DNA from: Octopus bimaculoides | Lineage: Eukaryota | Assembly (NCBI RefSeq): GCF_001194135.2 | Contig: NC_068990.1 | Coordinates: 59,242,370-59,306,369 of the forward strand | Direction of reading: 5' to 3' | DNA: 64,000 bases | Shown here: one piece after another, positions 1 to 13,258 of the stretch | Layout: the number at the start of each line of letters is the position of its first letter | Numbering within the stretch: the first letter of the stretch is position 1 | The notes under the pieces: generated by a model | Seen by the model: only the letters and a program-made list of their open reading frames with translations | Databases searched by the model: none | What the model was told of the DNA's origin: nothing | Translations under genes and position numbers: made by a program

Positions 1-1589
1 ATGTATGTGTTTAATTAATAAAGCAATATGAATGGTGTCAAAAGTATTCAGATGGATGTATATACACAAGTGACATTTCTCATGCATGTGTGTGTTTGTG
101 TGTGTGTATGCACGTGCAAGTGCAGACAAAGCTATATGGTTCAGTTTGCAAACCAGATACTTCCAGGCATGATGGGAGTGGGCACCACTTTGAGTGATTG
201 TCTCTTCCATTGTAGTCTTAGTTACACTAATACCTTGCGCGTGGAACTGAGATGATGAAAACTGTATGGAAGCCTGTCATGTATGTGTGTGTTTATGCTG
301 TATCCATGTTTTGTCCTATTATGCTCTTAATGAATCTACAAACAGAAAAATAAAATAAAACCTAAACTGAAAGTGGAGTCAATAGGATCAACTAAAGCCT
401 TTTAAACTTATGCCCCAGCATGGTCATGATCTAGTAAATAAAACCTTAAAAGGATCACAAGAATATATTAAATGTATGTAAATATGTAGAATACATGGTG
501 TATTCCTGTAGCTATGTTTTGAACCTACTTTTTCTGATTGCTTTCACTTTACATACAATACCATTGAAATGTTGCTGGGGTTGACTTTGCCATTCATCGT
601 TTTGAGGTTCATTAAATAAGTACCAGTCAAGCACTAGGTCAGTGTAATCAATATACTCCCTCCTCTGAAATTGTTAGCCTTGTGCCAAAATTTGAAACTA
701 TACAATATCATTATGAAATGAACCTATTGTCACACTACATGTTGTTTCTCCGTTGATCATTCTTTGAAGCACCTGGACACCTCATTGGGGATGTTTCCTA
801 GGAACGTTAGGTGTTTCAGGTCTCTCAACATCAGGGATCCTCACGTAGCTGACCCAGTCAGTGTTGATCAAACCATGTCACCTATGGCCCTTGAAAGGAT
901 TTTGATTTTCCCAGGAACAAATATTAAAGTTTTTTGCTTAGTTAACCCATAAACATAATATAAATATCATTGTCATTTACAGTTCGCTTTCCATGCTGTA
1001 TGGGTTAGATTGTTCGATTGGAACTGGTTAGCCGGAGTGCTGCATCAGGTTCCAGTCTGATTTGGCATGGTTTCTATAGTTGGATGCCTTTTCTAACACC
1101 AACCACTCCAAGAGTGTAAAAATAAAACAATTATATTTAGAATATAATATAAATATGATTCTGTTTTACATGATCACAATACACTATATATGGTGTCTTG
1201 AGTCCAAATTTCCACTTTGTGTCAGTCCCAGGAAGTAGGACCATCTTATATGTATTAGATACTTTCTGTGAGGGCACGTTTTCAGATGAAATTGTTCAAA
1301 TGTGTAAATAAAAACAGTATCACTATGGTTTAACAAGAAATCCATGCTAATTACCTTCTCATTAAAAAAAAAAAGTTTTCTTGTAGGGTATGTATTTTTT
1401 CAAATCTTTGGTGCTTAAACACAAATTTAGTAATTAAAGACCTGCTAAGGCAACAGTTTATGCATTGTCATGTGTCTTCTTAACATCTTAAATAATGATA
1501 TTTTATATAAACCAGATATTTACAGGCACTATGATACTTGTTGAATAATTTGAGTTTTGAAATTAAAAAAATCGATGAAAATCTCCCAT

Positions 1590-2200
1590 GGGTATGAATT
1601 TCAAAATGAAGATGGTAAAAGCTGCTGAAATTTTCAAGATATTTGAATACAAGATCACTTCTTTATCAAGCACAGTGGGAAACCATTTTGTCTCATCTGC
1701 CTAGAAAATAGCATTGTGAAGACTAGGAAATAATAGGCAGACATTATAAAATCTGTCATAATGAAAATTTTAACAAGTTTATGGGGCTGGTGAGAAGAGA
1801 TGAAGTTGAGTGACTGGAAGCTAGTTTTAGAGAAGTGACATCACTTACAGCATAAATAAAAGAAATATTTGAGTCAACTAAAAATTTTCAAAACGTTTTG
1901 CAGAAAAGATGAAATCTTTTAGAGACGGTGTTTGTCAAAAAATGTTTGCTGGCAGTAGCAGATAGGGTTTATCCTGAAAAGAAGTTTTTTTATTTGCATA
2001 TAACAGCCTGTTTGCAAGATTGATTACATGACGAGTTGAAGAAACTTCAGCAGATTTTAAAAATTTCTCTGAGGGACACTTGCAGCCAGCTGCAATTTTT
2101 TGTTTTTCAATTGCACTTGATGAGAGTACAAACTTGAGAGACACTGTTCAACTTGCTATGTTTGCGCAGGCAGTGACCTTAGATTTTCAAAATTTTTAAA
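1590..2200 (+). mobile_element. Degenerate hAT (SPIN/GTF2IRD2-like) transposase fragment
   Basis: Broken + strand frames give GKPFCLICLE...RHYKICH (BED finger), FVKKCLLAVADRVYPEKK and FSIALDESTNLRDTVQLAMF. Coordinates approximate. Confidence 0.8.
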
Positions 2201-2214
2201 CTTTGAAAATAATA

Positions 2215-2490
2215 CAGTTCTATATTTAAGAGATGAAGAATTATGTACATTATTTACATTTGACGAATATTTGTCTTCATCTTGTTTGTTGTTAACACAA
2301 CGTTTCGGCTGATATACCCTCCAGCCTTCATCAGGTGTCTTGGGGAAATTTCGATCCTGGGTTCTCATTCCTAAGGTATTTTTCGATGTTGTTATTATTA
2401 TTATTATTATTATTCAGGTCACTGCCTGGAATCGAACTCGGAATCTTGGGGTTAGTGGCCCGCGCTCTTAACCACTACACCATATGCCCA
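2215..2490 (-). mobile_element. tRNA-headed SINE with (AAT)n spacer and hammerhead-containing tail, copy 1
   Basis: A box TGGTGTAGTGG (2483-2473), B box GAGTTCGATTCC (2439-2428); colinear with the copy at 20075-20355. Confidence 0.85.
2294..2339 (-). ncRNA. Minimal type I hammerhead ribozyme motif (Penelope-type)
   Basis: Minus strand reads GACAC-CUGAUGA-A-GGCUG-(10 nt loop)-CAGCC-GAAAC-GUU-GUGUU. Helix I and II pair; helix III is the palindrome AACGUU. Confidence 0.72.
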
Positions 2491-2693
2491 TATAATGACA
2501 AATATTGCAAATAGTGAAGAACAGAGTTAGCAAATTATTTTAATACTTTAGTTACACCAGTTTCATCATTATTTAATATAATCAGTCTTGCATAATGCTG
2601 TAATCATTCCAGCAACTATTGATTAATATTTATATGCTATGTATGTTTGAATTATTTCTATTTTCCCCATTTTCTCTCTTTTCTGTTTTTTAG

Positions 2694-3005
2694 CTTTCAT
2701 CTATGCGACTGCTGCATTGGGTCCTGTTGTTGGTTATGCCCTTGGAGCTCTACTCTTGCAGTTTTATGTTGATTTGTTTTCCTACAATGTTTCTCTGACC
2801 CCTTCAGATCCTCGTTGGATTGGGGCCTGGTGGGGTGGCTTCATCATCTGTGGAGTAGTTCTAATCCTTATGTCCCTTCCATTTTTTGCATTCCCAAAAG
2901 TCCTCAGTAGAGAAAAGCGCAAAATTTTGGAAAACAAAAGCAAAGAGCTTCTTCTTAATGAGGAAGATCAGGTAGCCAATAAAGAATATGGCCGAACCAT
3001 AAAAG
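2694..3005 (+). CDS. SLCO: SLCO/OATP transporter, first coding exon in window (gene starts upstream); (A)FIYATAALGPVVGYALG...DPRWIGAWWGGF...GRTIK
   Basis: Acceptor ttttag at 2692-93, donor gtaag at 3006; phase 1 to 1. Contains the OATP signature D-x-RW-(I/V)-GAWW-x-G-(F/L). Confidence 0.96.
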
Positions 3006-5120
3006 GTAAGTTATTAATATTTACTGCTCTTTCACCTCTCTTCAGCTCCATTATTGGTAAATATTATAATAATTTTTTTCATTTATATACATAAATACAT
3101 GTATTTTTTTTACTTCTTTATTTAATTATCAAAATTTCTTCCTCTGAAGAAGGTGCTGGTTTCTAACAAAGATATAAAGCTCCATCTATGGAATGTAGGT
3201 AAAGACAACAATGTTACATTTTAAACCCAAGGAAAGTCTTGCATAGATTTTACTGTTCTATTTACAGATTGTATTTGTAATGTGTGAGTCAGTTGGTCGA
3301 TTTCTTATTCTGAAAATCCTACCTTATCCAGACTGATAGTTATGTATTTATGTACAAAAACCAAGTGCACCAATTATTATTGGTACAAATGTAAATTTGT
3401 AATCCAGATATAAAAGCTGGGGATTTCAAAGCAGTTTATGCATGGATGGATGGATCGATGTATGGATGTGTATAATTATGTATGTAAATATGATTGTGTA
3501 TATGTGTATCATCATCATCTTCATTTAACATCCATGTCCCATGCTGCCATGGGTTGGATGTTTTGACAGGATCTGATGGGTCTAAGGACTGCCTCATGCT
3601 CTAGTGTATGTTTTGGCATAGTTTCTACAGTTGGATTCCTTTCCTAATGACAACCACTTCATAGCATGGACTGAGGGCTTTTTTTTCATACTGCTAGCAC
3701 TAGTGATGTTGTGGTGCAGTGCACATAACTAAAGAGATATCCTGGGATGGGTGGGGCACATTGGCAAGAAAATTATAAAGAAACTGATAGTTGAAATAAC
3801 GCTTCATAGTATTTATTGTCAAAGCTGCACAGACACTCCTTTGTTGGTTTTGTCATCAAAAATGCAATAAACCAATGTTGGTGCATTGCAAACCTGTAAC
3901 AGAATTGTGCTCTTGTTTACAAAGGACATGATATATAAACAGTACAAAATAAAAATATAGTATAGATACAACACCAACTTTTCAGGTGCTGATAGTCTAG
4001 AACCTCTTATAATCTGCTCTGATTTAAGAGCAGGAATTTCAAAATCCCATGGCTGTCAGATCAGTTTACTGAGTGGCCCTGTTTCACAGTACCTTGCACA
4101 GTACAGTATTAATAAACTTTATACTAATGTACAAGTACTTATATTTCATTTAATTATTTAAGTAAATTTTGCATTTAATTTAAAGGTGACCACCCCCGGT
4201 TTGGAAAAATCAGTAACTTGGAATGGCTTTGGAAGCAAAGGTTCCAGAAAATCAATGTTATATACCTGGTGTTATGTATAAAGCACTGGTGATGGTGCCA
4301 CATAGCAAGCACCCAGTATACTCTGTAAAGTGGTTGGTGTTTGGAAGGGCATCCCACTGTAGAAACCATGCCAAAGTAGACAGTGGAACCTGATGCAGCT
4401 CCTGGCCTTATCAGCTCCTGGCCTTATCAGCTCCTGGCCTTATCAGCTCCTGTCAAACTGTTTAACCCATGCCAGCATGAAAAATGGAGTTAAATGATGA
4501 TGATGTTGCTGGTTGTATTTAGAGAATCTTGTTTTTTTTTTTTTAGCCAATTTATGTGGAGACTCTTTCAGGATCGGTTCAGTTTTATTCAATTAAAAAA
4601 TCTTATATCAAAGAATTACCAGAAGACTAATAATCAACCTTATTTGATGTTAGTTGCTATGGCTATTTTGGCCACAAGTCAGCTCCGATTGAGAAGACTT
4701 GTGATCAAAGCCATTCCAGTTGAAACTATTCCATCATTTTCCCAGGAACACATCATCTGATGTGTCCTTCATTCATGTTTTAAGACCACATGTAACTTGA
4801 GGTAGTTATGGCTGCTGTTTCTAACAAACTGGTGAAGTCCAGAGTGGATTTCATTTACCTTTATACTCTTTTACTTCTTTCAGTCACTGGAATGTGGCCA
4901 TTTCAGAGCACCATCTGGGAGGATTTTAACTTAATCCTTTTGATCCTAGTACTTTTTTTTCTCTTTTTAAGTCTGGTACACTTTGTTGGATTATGATATA
5001 TTGTCAAAGATCACTGCTTTATGAGAAGCATTGACTTAAAAACAGTCATCGAGACAAGCATAAACAAACGCTCTCTATCTATCTATCTATCTGTCTATCT
5101 ATCTATCTGTCTATCTATCC

Positions 5121-5154
<34 letters not shown>

Positions 5155-8100
5155 TTCTCTCACACACATGCATGTGTGTTTGTGTTTGCCTTCCCTCACC
5201 ACTTAGCAACTAGTGTTGGTTTGTTTACATTTCTGTGACAGAGACTCAGAATAAGTACCAAACTTAAAAAAAAAAAAGAGAAAGGAATGAGGTCAATTTT
5301 GGTGGGATGAAACCCCTTCAAAATGGTACCCCAGCATGGCCAGAGTCCAGTGACTGAAACAAATAAAAGATAAAAAATATCCAGACTATGACCCTCTCAA
5401 TTTATGTTGACTTGATTAAAAGCCATAATAAGAAATGGACTAAAAATAAAAGCGAATAATAAAAAATCCAATTATTTAAGTTGCCAAGCTATGTTATTCA
5501 TATTGACGTCTGAAAATGGATGTAAAAAGTGGTAAATGGGATGAAAGAAAAGTTTCAAAAAAAGTATGTAGTTATATTTATTAATGAAAATAAAATGAGA
5601 AAAAAATTAAACTGCATATACAGCATAAAGGCTGGAGGAAATATTTAATAATAGCTGATGTGGGAATTTTGTTTAAAAATAAACATTGAAAATTAGGGTG
5701 TGAGATATATACAGCTTCTCTGTCTGTATGTCTCTCTCAAACCATCTATCTATCTATCTCTCTGACTGTCTCTCTTAGAAGTAAGTAGAATGGAATAATA
5801 TGGTTTTGATATGAGACATTATTAGCGAGAAATTAAAATTAAACGATGTTGCAAAGTCAGCAAACTTTCAACAGATATTGTGTATGCACACACATCTCTT
5901 TCTCTCTTTCTCTCACTATATATATGTGTGTGCATGCATGTATGTACATATAAATATCTATACACACACAACTCTCACCCACACATATATCTAAGTATAC
6001 ATATATGTACATAAAAATATTCATGCACACACACATACATATATATATGATGATGATGTAGTATGTATGTATATGTATGTACATATAATTATTTATACAC
6101 ACATATTTCTATGTTATGAGAATGTACATATAAATATTTATATACTTGCACAACACACACATATTTATGAATATATATATATATATATGTATATGCACAT
6201 ATAAATATTTATACACACAATACATATACCTGTGTGTGTGTATATATATGTATGTGGATGTGCATATAAATATTTATATACACACATTATACACATATCT
6301 ATGAATATATACATGCATGTGAAGACGATTTAGTTAAACAATTTTGGTGAAGATGGAAAAGCGACACAATCACACCAAAATTGGAAGTGTATTGTGATCA
6401 GCAGTGTATAACAGCATCTGATGGTCTGGCTGATACTGTGATGTGTATGAACATATGAATATTTATACACACAACACATATATCTGTGAGTATATATGGA
6501 TGTGGATATACATATAAATATTTATATACACACACAGCAGACAAATATATGACATGCATATTTATATACATAATATTTCCATTCTTTCTTTCTTTCTTTC
6601 TTTACCCAATTTTTTTTTCCTAATTCTTCTCTTTTCTTCTTACCTTTTTCCTGCCCATTTTCTATCTGTCTTCTTACTTCCTCTTCTCATGTTTCCTCAT
6701 CAAATTTGCTGTTTTATGACATATATATTTTTTTTTACATTGTTGCCTGACTCCTGCTATTGTATAATGTATAATGTATTCTTTGGAGCAAAATAGTAAA
6801 TGGTTTCCGTTCAAGATGCACATACACCACCACCACCACCACCACCACCACCATCGTCATTATTTAATGTCCATTTTCCATGCTGGCATGGGTTGGACAG
6901 TTTGATAGGAGCTGTCAAGCTGGAAGGTTGCACCAGGCTTCAGTTGTCTGTTGTGGCAAGATTTCTGCAGCTGCATGCCCTTCCTAACGCCAACCACTTA
7001 AAAGAGTGTAATGGGTGCTTTTTACATGGCAACAGCATTGGTGTGTGTGTATAACATTATATATATATATATATCAACCAATGCCAGTATAGAAAACGGA
7101 CGTTAAATGTTGATGATGTACACACACACACACACACACACACATGTTTGTGTTTCTCTTTGTGTTTGCTCCCCACCACTACTTGACAACTGGAGATGGT
7201 TTGTTTACATTCCTGTAGCTTAGCATTTCAGCAAAAGATCCCTGACAAAATAAATACTTGGCTTAAAAAAGAAATAACTACTGGGGTCGATTCGTACAAC
7301 TAATCCTTTCAAGATAGGAATGGCTGAAACCAGTAAAAGAGAGATAAAAGACACATGCATGTGTATGTTTTTTCTGTCTTATTTTTCTTCTTCTATAGTT
7401 TATCTTAACAAGGAAAAGGTTGACAGTGACTTCAAAGTGTTGGCTTAATTGATTTTGCCAGTCATTATCATTATCATCATTTAACGTCTGTCTTCCATGC
7501 TGGACAGTTTGACAGGAGCCAGCCAAATAGAAGACTACACCAGGTTGCTCTGTCTGTTCAGCATGGTTTTTATGGCTGGACACTTTCCTAACATCAACTA
7601 CCGTGTAGAGTGGACAGAGTGCATTTTACGTGGCGCTAGCACAGGCAAGATCAGTTTAGGCCTAGTTTTTACAGCTGGATGCCCTTCCAAATGCCAATCA
7701 CTTCACAGTGTGGAACGAATGCTTTTTATGTGGCACCAGTATCGGCAGGGTCACCAAGTAACTTATAAGACAAGGAATTTTGAGAGGGCATTGGAGGAGA
7801 TGATCTTGTGTCAAATGATGAAAGGTTAGAGTGTGACAGAGAGACAGAGAGGCAGAAACAGGTGTCAGTTTGTCAAAAAAGCAATTGAACCAAAAAATTC
7901 ATAGTCACTTCAACCTTTTCCTTGTTCAAATAAATGTTAAACCCTGCTTAAATGTATTGAACACTCATTCAATTGATGATTTGCTTGTTTTTATACATCT
8001 TTTGTCTTTTACTTGTTACAATCATTAGACTGCAGCCATGTTGGGGGAACTATCTTGAAGGATTTAGTCAAATACATTGGCCCTAGTGCTTTTTAAAACC

Positions 8101-8217
8101 TGATTGGTTTCTTTTGCTGAACTGCTGAACTACTAAGTTACAGTGACATAAACAAACCAACACCAGTTGTCAAACAGTGGTGTGACACAAAAATAAACAC
8201 ACACATAACAGACAGCC

Positions 8218-8258
<41 letters not shown>

Positions 8259-8500
8259 CAGAGTTTCACATTACTGTACATCAGACTGTTGTGGTCACAA
8301 CTGTCTGGCAAACAGTAATGTGAAATTCTGAGTAACTATATACATGCACATGCACACACACACACACACACACATATATGAAAGGCTTATGTCTACCAGA
8401 TCCACTCACAGTAGAAAGCACTTGCCCAAGGTGCCACACAGTGGGACTGAATCAAGGAACCTTGTGTGAGAGTGAGTGTGTGTGCGTGTGTGAATTTATA

Positions 8501-9357
8501 TGAGGTCTGATCAATAAGTATTCGGACTGTCACCATAGTAATGAAACTAAAGCATGCAGAGTGAATCCACTTAGCAAAAAATTGACATTGAACTCTGCTG
8601 TGCATGTGCACTAAGTTTTAACATTCTAGCTCACTTCCGCTGTTTATAGCAGTGCTTAGAAGGAACGTATGTAGCATGTAACTGTCGCATTGACCGTGAC
8701 AGAGAAAACTGTCATGGCGATATCTGGTCAGTGGCCTACACAAAGTTGCAGAAAATTTACGAGGAGAAGGGTATGAGCCACACACAAGTGTACAAGTGGT
8801 TCAGAGGTTTCCAAGATGGCAGAAAAAATGTCGATGTTGGCAAACATTCTGGGAGAACTGCAACCAGCAGAACTGAGAAAAACATCGCAGATGTGTGCGC
8901 AGCTCTGAAGGGAAATCATTGAATCAACATCCGTGAGTTATCAGAGGATGTGCAGTTTAGTTACAGTTCAGTTCAGTCCATTATCACTGAAGATTTGGGT
9001 ATGAGATGCATGTCTGCCAAGTTTATGCCAAAACTGCTTTCAGCTGACCAAGAAGACACTCAGGTTTCAGTTGCACAATGAAAACTTTCCGTAGGCCTCT
9101 GAGCAGGTATCACCAAACTTTTGGCAAAATTTGATGTAGATTCTCTGCTCAGTATTCTGTGTCTTGGTCTAGGTAACGATCACATGCTACACACCTTCCT
9201 TCCAAGCACTGCTGTAAACAGCAGAAGTGAGCTAGAACATTAAAACTTAGTGCACAAGCACAGCAGAGTTCACGGTCAATCTGTGCCAAGCAACTTCACT
9301 CTGCATGCTTTAGCTTCATTACTATGGCAACAGTCCGGATACTTATTGATTGGACCA
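8501..9357 (+). mobile_element. Non-autonomous mariner with long inverted ends and an N-terminal HTH fragment
   Basis: About 200 bp inverted ends; YKWFRGFQDGR..V...HSGR and MSAKFMPKLL motifs; catalytic domain absent. Confidence 0.88.
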
Positions 9358-9400
9358 CTGTTCTTTTAAATCCCCTTGTTCAATCACAAAATCAATCTGT

Positions 9401-9401
<1 letters not shown>

Positions 9402-9458
<57 letters not shown>
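9402..9458. repeat. (TAT)n microsatellite
   Basis: About 19 uninterrupted TAT units. Confidence 0.97.
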
Positions 9459-9459
<1 letters not shown>

Positions 9460-9889
9460 TCTTTCCAATTGCATGTGTGTGTCAACTGAAAGGCAGTAGA
9501 AGAAGGGTTAAAATATATGATCCAATTGCTTTAACATAGCATTAGGTCAAATGGAATGTCAGTTCTGGGATATGATGTTTAATGAGTTCTAAGGCTCCAG
9601 ATTATGATGCAAATTACTGAATAATTCATATGCACTGTGGGAATATTAGAGAGTTGGTCTTGATTTCATTGCCTTTTGGCTTTCAGCAATTTCACAATTG
9701 TTTTGGTTTGTGTCCATTCTTATTTTATAAACCAACAATATCGTCTTAAGTTTCACCACCATTGTCATCATCATCACTACCATTATAAGCATCACCATCA
9801 TTGTCATCACCACACCACCACCATCATCATCATCAGCTCATCATTTTTATGTTTACTTTCCTGTTCTGGCAAAAGATTTGTATGTATGA

Positions 9890-10200
9890 TTCAGCATTGC
9901 ATCTTCTCACTTATCATGGTGCTTCATCATTTCTTTTGTGATGCTAAGCATCCTCAGGCTGGAATTCACCACTTCTTCCTACCAACTTCTTTGATTTTCC
10001 TCCTTTTCTTCCACAGGCTTCTTCCTCTTGCATCATTTCACACTTTTTTCTTCACTCTCATCCACATGGTCCATAATCTTCTCTCTTGCACACTACAGCT
10101 GATACCTGTAATACACAGTTTTTCTCTAAGCACAAGTGCAGCCCATCACTCACACAGGCTGACTCTATACATTGAACAAAGCATACTTGCTTCATTTCTT
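9890..10200 (-). mobile_element. Degenerate LINE (RTE-like) 3' ORF fragment
   Basis: Purine-rich minus strand with decayed remnants of LRM.CSM..VS, HV...E.SVKKC and W.EVV. Confidence 0.5.
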
Positions 10201-10412
10201 TCTAAGCTTGAGCCATGTGGCAATAAAAATCAAAGTACTATCATAATTTTCCATTCATATTTCACTATTTTATAAGTATTTAACTTCCTTTATAAGTTAA
10301 GTCCTGCTGCATAACACCTTGGGCAAGTGTCTTCATATATATAGCCTCAGGCTAACCAAAGGCTTGTGAATGGATTTGCTAGACAGAAACTGAAAGAAGC
10401 CCATCTTAAATG

Positions 10413-10457
<45 letters not shown>

Positions 10458-11327
10458 CTTCATTTGTCCCCCACCACCATTTGACAACCAGTGCTGGCAT
10501 ATTTACATACCCATACCCTGTGGAGGCACGTGGATTAGTGGTTCGGGTGTTGAACTTATGATTGTGCTTTTGATTCCTGCACCAGGTGACACATTGTGTT
10601 CTTGAGCGAAATACTTCATTTCATGTTGCTCCAGTCCACTCAGCTGGCAAAATGAGTAATCCTACGACAGACTAGCATCCCATCCAGGTGGGGAATATAT
10701 ATGCTGTGAAACTGCGAAACTGGCCCTTATGAGTTGGTATAACTCAAGAAGGAAACTTTACCTTTACTCTTCTTTATCCCCATACCTTAGCTGTTTGGCA
10801 AAAGTGACCAACAGAATAAGCACGAGGCTTAAGAAAACAAAAAGAAAGAAAATACTGAGGTCTATTAATACGACTAAAAATTCTTCAAAGCAGTGTCCCA
10901 GCATGACTGCACTATAATGACTAAAACAAGTAAAAAATAAAATATAACATTATAATGAACTGAAATCTTGTAATTATTGCCCTCTCTTTGAATCCATGTT
11001 ATAATTTGACCTGCATAATGGACCTTCTTTTTAGAAAAAAGCTAAGAAAAAAATGAAAAGTTCTATGTTTCACTTGCTTCAGTCAATAGACTGTGGCCAT
11101 GCTGGGGTACCACTTTGAAGGATTTTAAGTTGAATAAATCGATCCCAATATTTAGTTTTCTTTAAATTCTGGTACTTGTTCTAGCAGCCATTTTTGCTAA
11201 ACCACTAAGTTATGGGGATGTAAATACACCAACACCAGTTGTCAAGCAATGATAGGGGACAAACAAAAATGCATGCACATAGACATCTATACCTACACAC
11301 ACACACACACATGCACACCACACACAC

Positions 11328-11395
<68 letters not shown>

Positions 11396-12184
11396 NNNNN
11401 NNNNNATATATATATATAGGTAGATAGATAGATAGATAGATAGATATATGTATAGACACACACACAACGGGCTTCTTTCAGTTTCCATCTATCAAATCCA
11501 CTCACAAGGCTGCTGCGAGACTGAGGCTTTATTAGAAGACACTTGACCAAGCTGCTGCTTAGTGGGACTGAACCTGGAACTATGTGGCTAGGAAGCAAAC
11601 TTCTTAACTACAAGGCCACACTTGTGCCTCTATTTTCTGTTCATTCTCTTAAACTAAGTGTATAAGCTGAATGACTCACTGGTTCTGAAAATTTATTATA
11701 AACAATCTCCCAGCTGTTTTGAGCTCAGGATACTTTGGATTGCTAATAATACATTTCCTTTTGGGTACCAATTTAATATTCCTGACAGCAACCATCACCA
11801 CATCCACCACCATCACCACCACCACCATCAAACTATCACCACAGCAACCAGCAGAATAGAACTGCAGCAACTGTAACAACAACAAACAGTCACAGTATTC
11901 AGAGCAACAACAGAAATAGCAACTGTTGCAAATATAATAGCGAAAATGATAAAAAGTTGTTCCACGAACCATGTATAAATAATTTTCAATAGGGTGATAT
12001 GGATATTTTGTGGTCAGATATCTTTTATCAGATATGGTATGAGTCAGTTTTCTGTGTTCTATTATAGTCCGATAGGCTGACAGATGTACTGTGATTAGTC
12101 ACTTGTTGGATTATGGTAGCTGGTAGGTAGCTTTACTAGTAAACATTCACCCCCAAGCTACATTCATATATTTGTGTGTATGTG

Positions 12185-12545
12185 TAGGCGTGGGTGTGTG
12201 GTAAGAAGCTTGTTTCACAACCACATGGTTCCAAGTTCAGTTCCACTGCATGGCACTTTGGTCAAGTGTCTTCTACTATAGCCTCAGGCTGACCAAAGCC
12301 TTGTGAGTGGATTTGATAGATGGAAACTGAAAGAAGCCGGTTGCATATATATATATGTATGTATGTATGTATTTATGTATGTGTGTCTTTGTTTGTCCCT
12401 GTAACTCAGCAGTTTGGCAAAAGAGACTGATAGAATAAGCACTAGGCTCACAAAGAATAAGTCCTGGGATCGATTTCTTCAATTAAAACCCTTTAAGGCA
12501 GTGCACCAGTAAGGCTTGCTGCCAAATGACTGAAATAGGTAAGAG

Positions 12546-12587
<42 letters not shown>

Positions 12588-12660
12588 CATGTATAAAGTG
12601 GTGCTCCAGCATGGCCGCAGTCAAATGATTGAAACAAGTATAAGAATAAAAGAATGTATA
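12185..12660 (+). mobile_element. Representative of the most abundant tRNA-derived SINE (central microsatellite). Other copies ~10285-10950, 11040-11610, 13040-14560, 15640-16215, 29790-31150, 39430-39780, 44546-44880, 53540-54110
   Basis: Head gtgtggtaagaag...ggttcagtcccactg; body cttgggcaagtgtcttctactatagcc; tail gactgaaacaagtaaaag repeated across the window. Confidence 0.85.
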
Positions 12661-13001
12661 TATGCCAATAAATAAGATTTGAGTAAAAACTTCATAGAAG
12701 CTTGTCCAGTTATTGGTTACCCGATATCATCATACAGTGGAAATGCTCCTGCTCCAGGATAAACATCAGGCATTCCATAGTATACATTGGATTTATATAG
12801 AGTTTATATATTTTGGAGTAAGCATTCTCACCAAGTGAAATGGTGGTAGGGTCTAACAAAGGACTTATTTAAATTGTCACTTAAAGAAGTGTGTTTTTTA
12901 TACCTTGTTTTTTTTTTATACATCTCACCAATGTACTATGAGTGTAAAAATGTGTTGAAACAATTGTAATGATTTTAAATAATGTTATTCATTCCATTTT
13001 C

Positions 13002-13043
<42 letters not shown>

Positions 13044-13258
13044 TCTTTTACTTGTTCCTGTCATTTGACTGTGGCCATACTGGAGCACTGCCTTGAAGGG
13101 TTTTAGTCGAACAAATTGACCCCAGGACTTTTTTTTGAAACCCTAGTACTTATTCTATCAGTCTCTTTTGCTGAACTGTGAAGTTACGGGGCACAAACAC
13201 ACCAACACCAGTTGTTAAGAGGTGGTGGCGGGGACAAACAAAGACACACACGCATATA

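Noticed and set aside
1935-2144. Minus-strand 69-aa ORF
   Set aside because: Antisense shadow of the + strand hAT fragment.
2428-2490. Functional tRNA genes at A/B-box motifs here and in other SINE heads
   Set aside because: No paired acceptor stems; all continue into repeat bodies.
3140-3175. CUGAAGA motif as another hammerhead
   Set aside because: No helix II and no following GAAAC.
4403-4450. Triple 16-nt repeat cctggccttatcagct
   Set aside because: Local slippage inside a retroposon tail; no independent significance.
9676-10275. 199-aa His/Phe-rich ORF
   Set aside because: A (CAT/CAC)n repeat plus the antisense strand of a LINE remnant; no splice or domain support.
11780-11960. His/Gln-rich stretch as a hidden exon
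   Set aside because: Degenerate CAC/CAA trinucleotide repeats with stops and no convincing splice sites.
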